A DNA stretch of 63,704 nucleotides, filler included, from Octopus bimaculoides (Eukaryota): NCBI RefSeq assembly GCF_001194135.2. It is 3 parts of 3 records of this genome, joined end to end, with 100 filler letters (N's around TTAATTAATTAA, not from the genome) between each part and the next. Parts side by side here need not be neighbours in the genome. Positions count along the whole stretch, not along the records: positions 43,196 to 63,704 come from NC_068986.1; 2 more parts are not named here. One strand, written 5' to 3'. A model generated the notes under the pieces. That model searched no databases. It was not told the DNA's origin and worked only from the letters and a program-made list of their open reading frames with translations. This document shows, piece by piece, positions 63,640-63,704 of this stretch (its first letter is position 1; the number at the start of each line of letters is the position of its first letter). A program made the position numbers and the translations under genes.

Positions 63640-63704
63640 ATATAAATAATATATATAAATGTACAGACGTTGAAAGGACTGAATCTTTTTTTCTCTCTCT
63701 CTCT

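Overview
AT-rich, microsatellite-saturated animal genomic DNA with about 5 kb of N gaps. The SINE/LINE families look like those of an octopus (Octopodidae); this is recognition from memory, not a database result. No host protein-coding gene could be identified: almost every long ORF in the supplied track is a microsatellite or N read-through or the antisense of a repeat. The window is a transposon graveyard containing tRNA-derived SINEs (4 families), RTE 3' ends with (GAT)n tails, CR1-group LINE ends, restriction-like-endonuclease (R4/Dong-type) LINE ends, Penelope-like element (PLE) RT/GIY-YIG relics, a hAT transposase pseudogene, mariner/hAT/foldback MITEs and Helitron-type elements. The most notable observation is a small non-autonomous element present twice (13.4 kb and 61 kb). 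It fuses a Pol III tRNA-like head to a minimal, dimer-type hammerhead ribozyme and is inserted as a head-to-head inverted structure with a 35-36 nt one-sided tail and target-site duplications, i.e. a candidate ribozyme-bearing SINE mobilised by Penelope-like machinery. Also notable are a second PLE hammerhead family in a tail-to-tail pair (27 kb), a LINE apparently targeting (ATAC)n microsatellites, a 19-bp minisatellite built from an element's 5' end, and a CpG-decay step near 29 kb.
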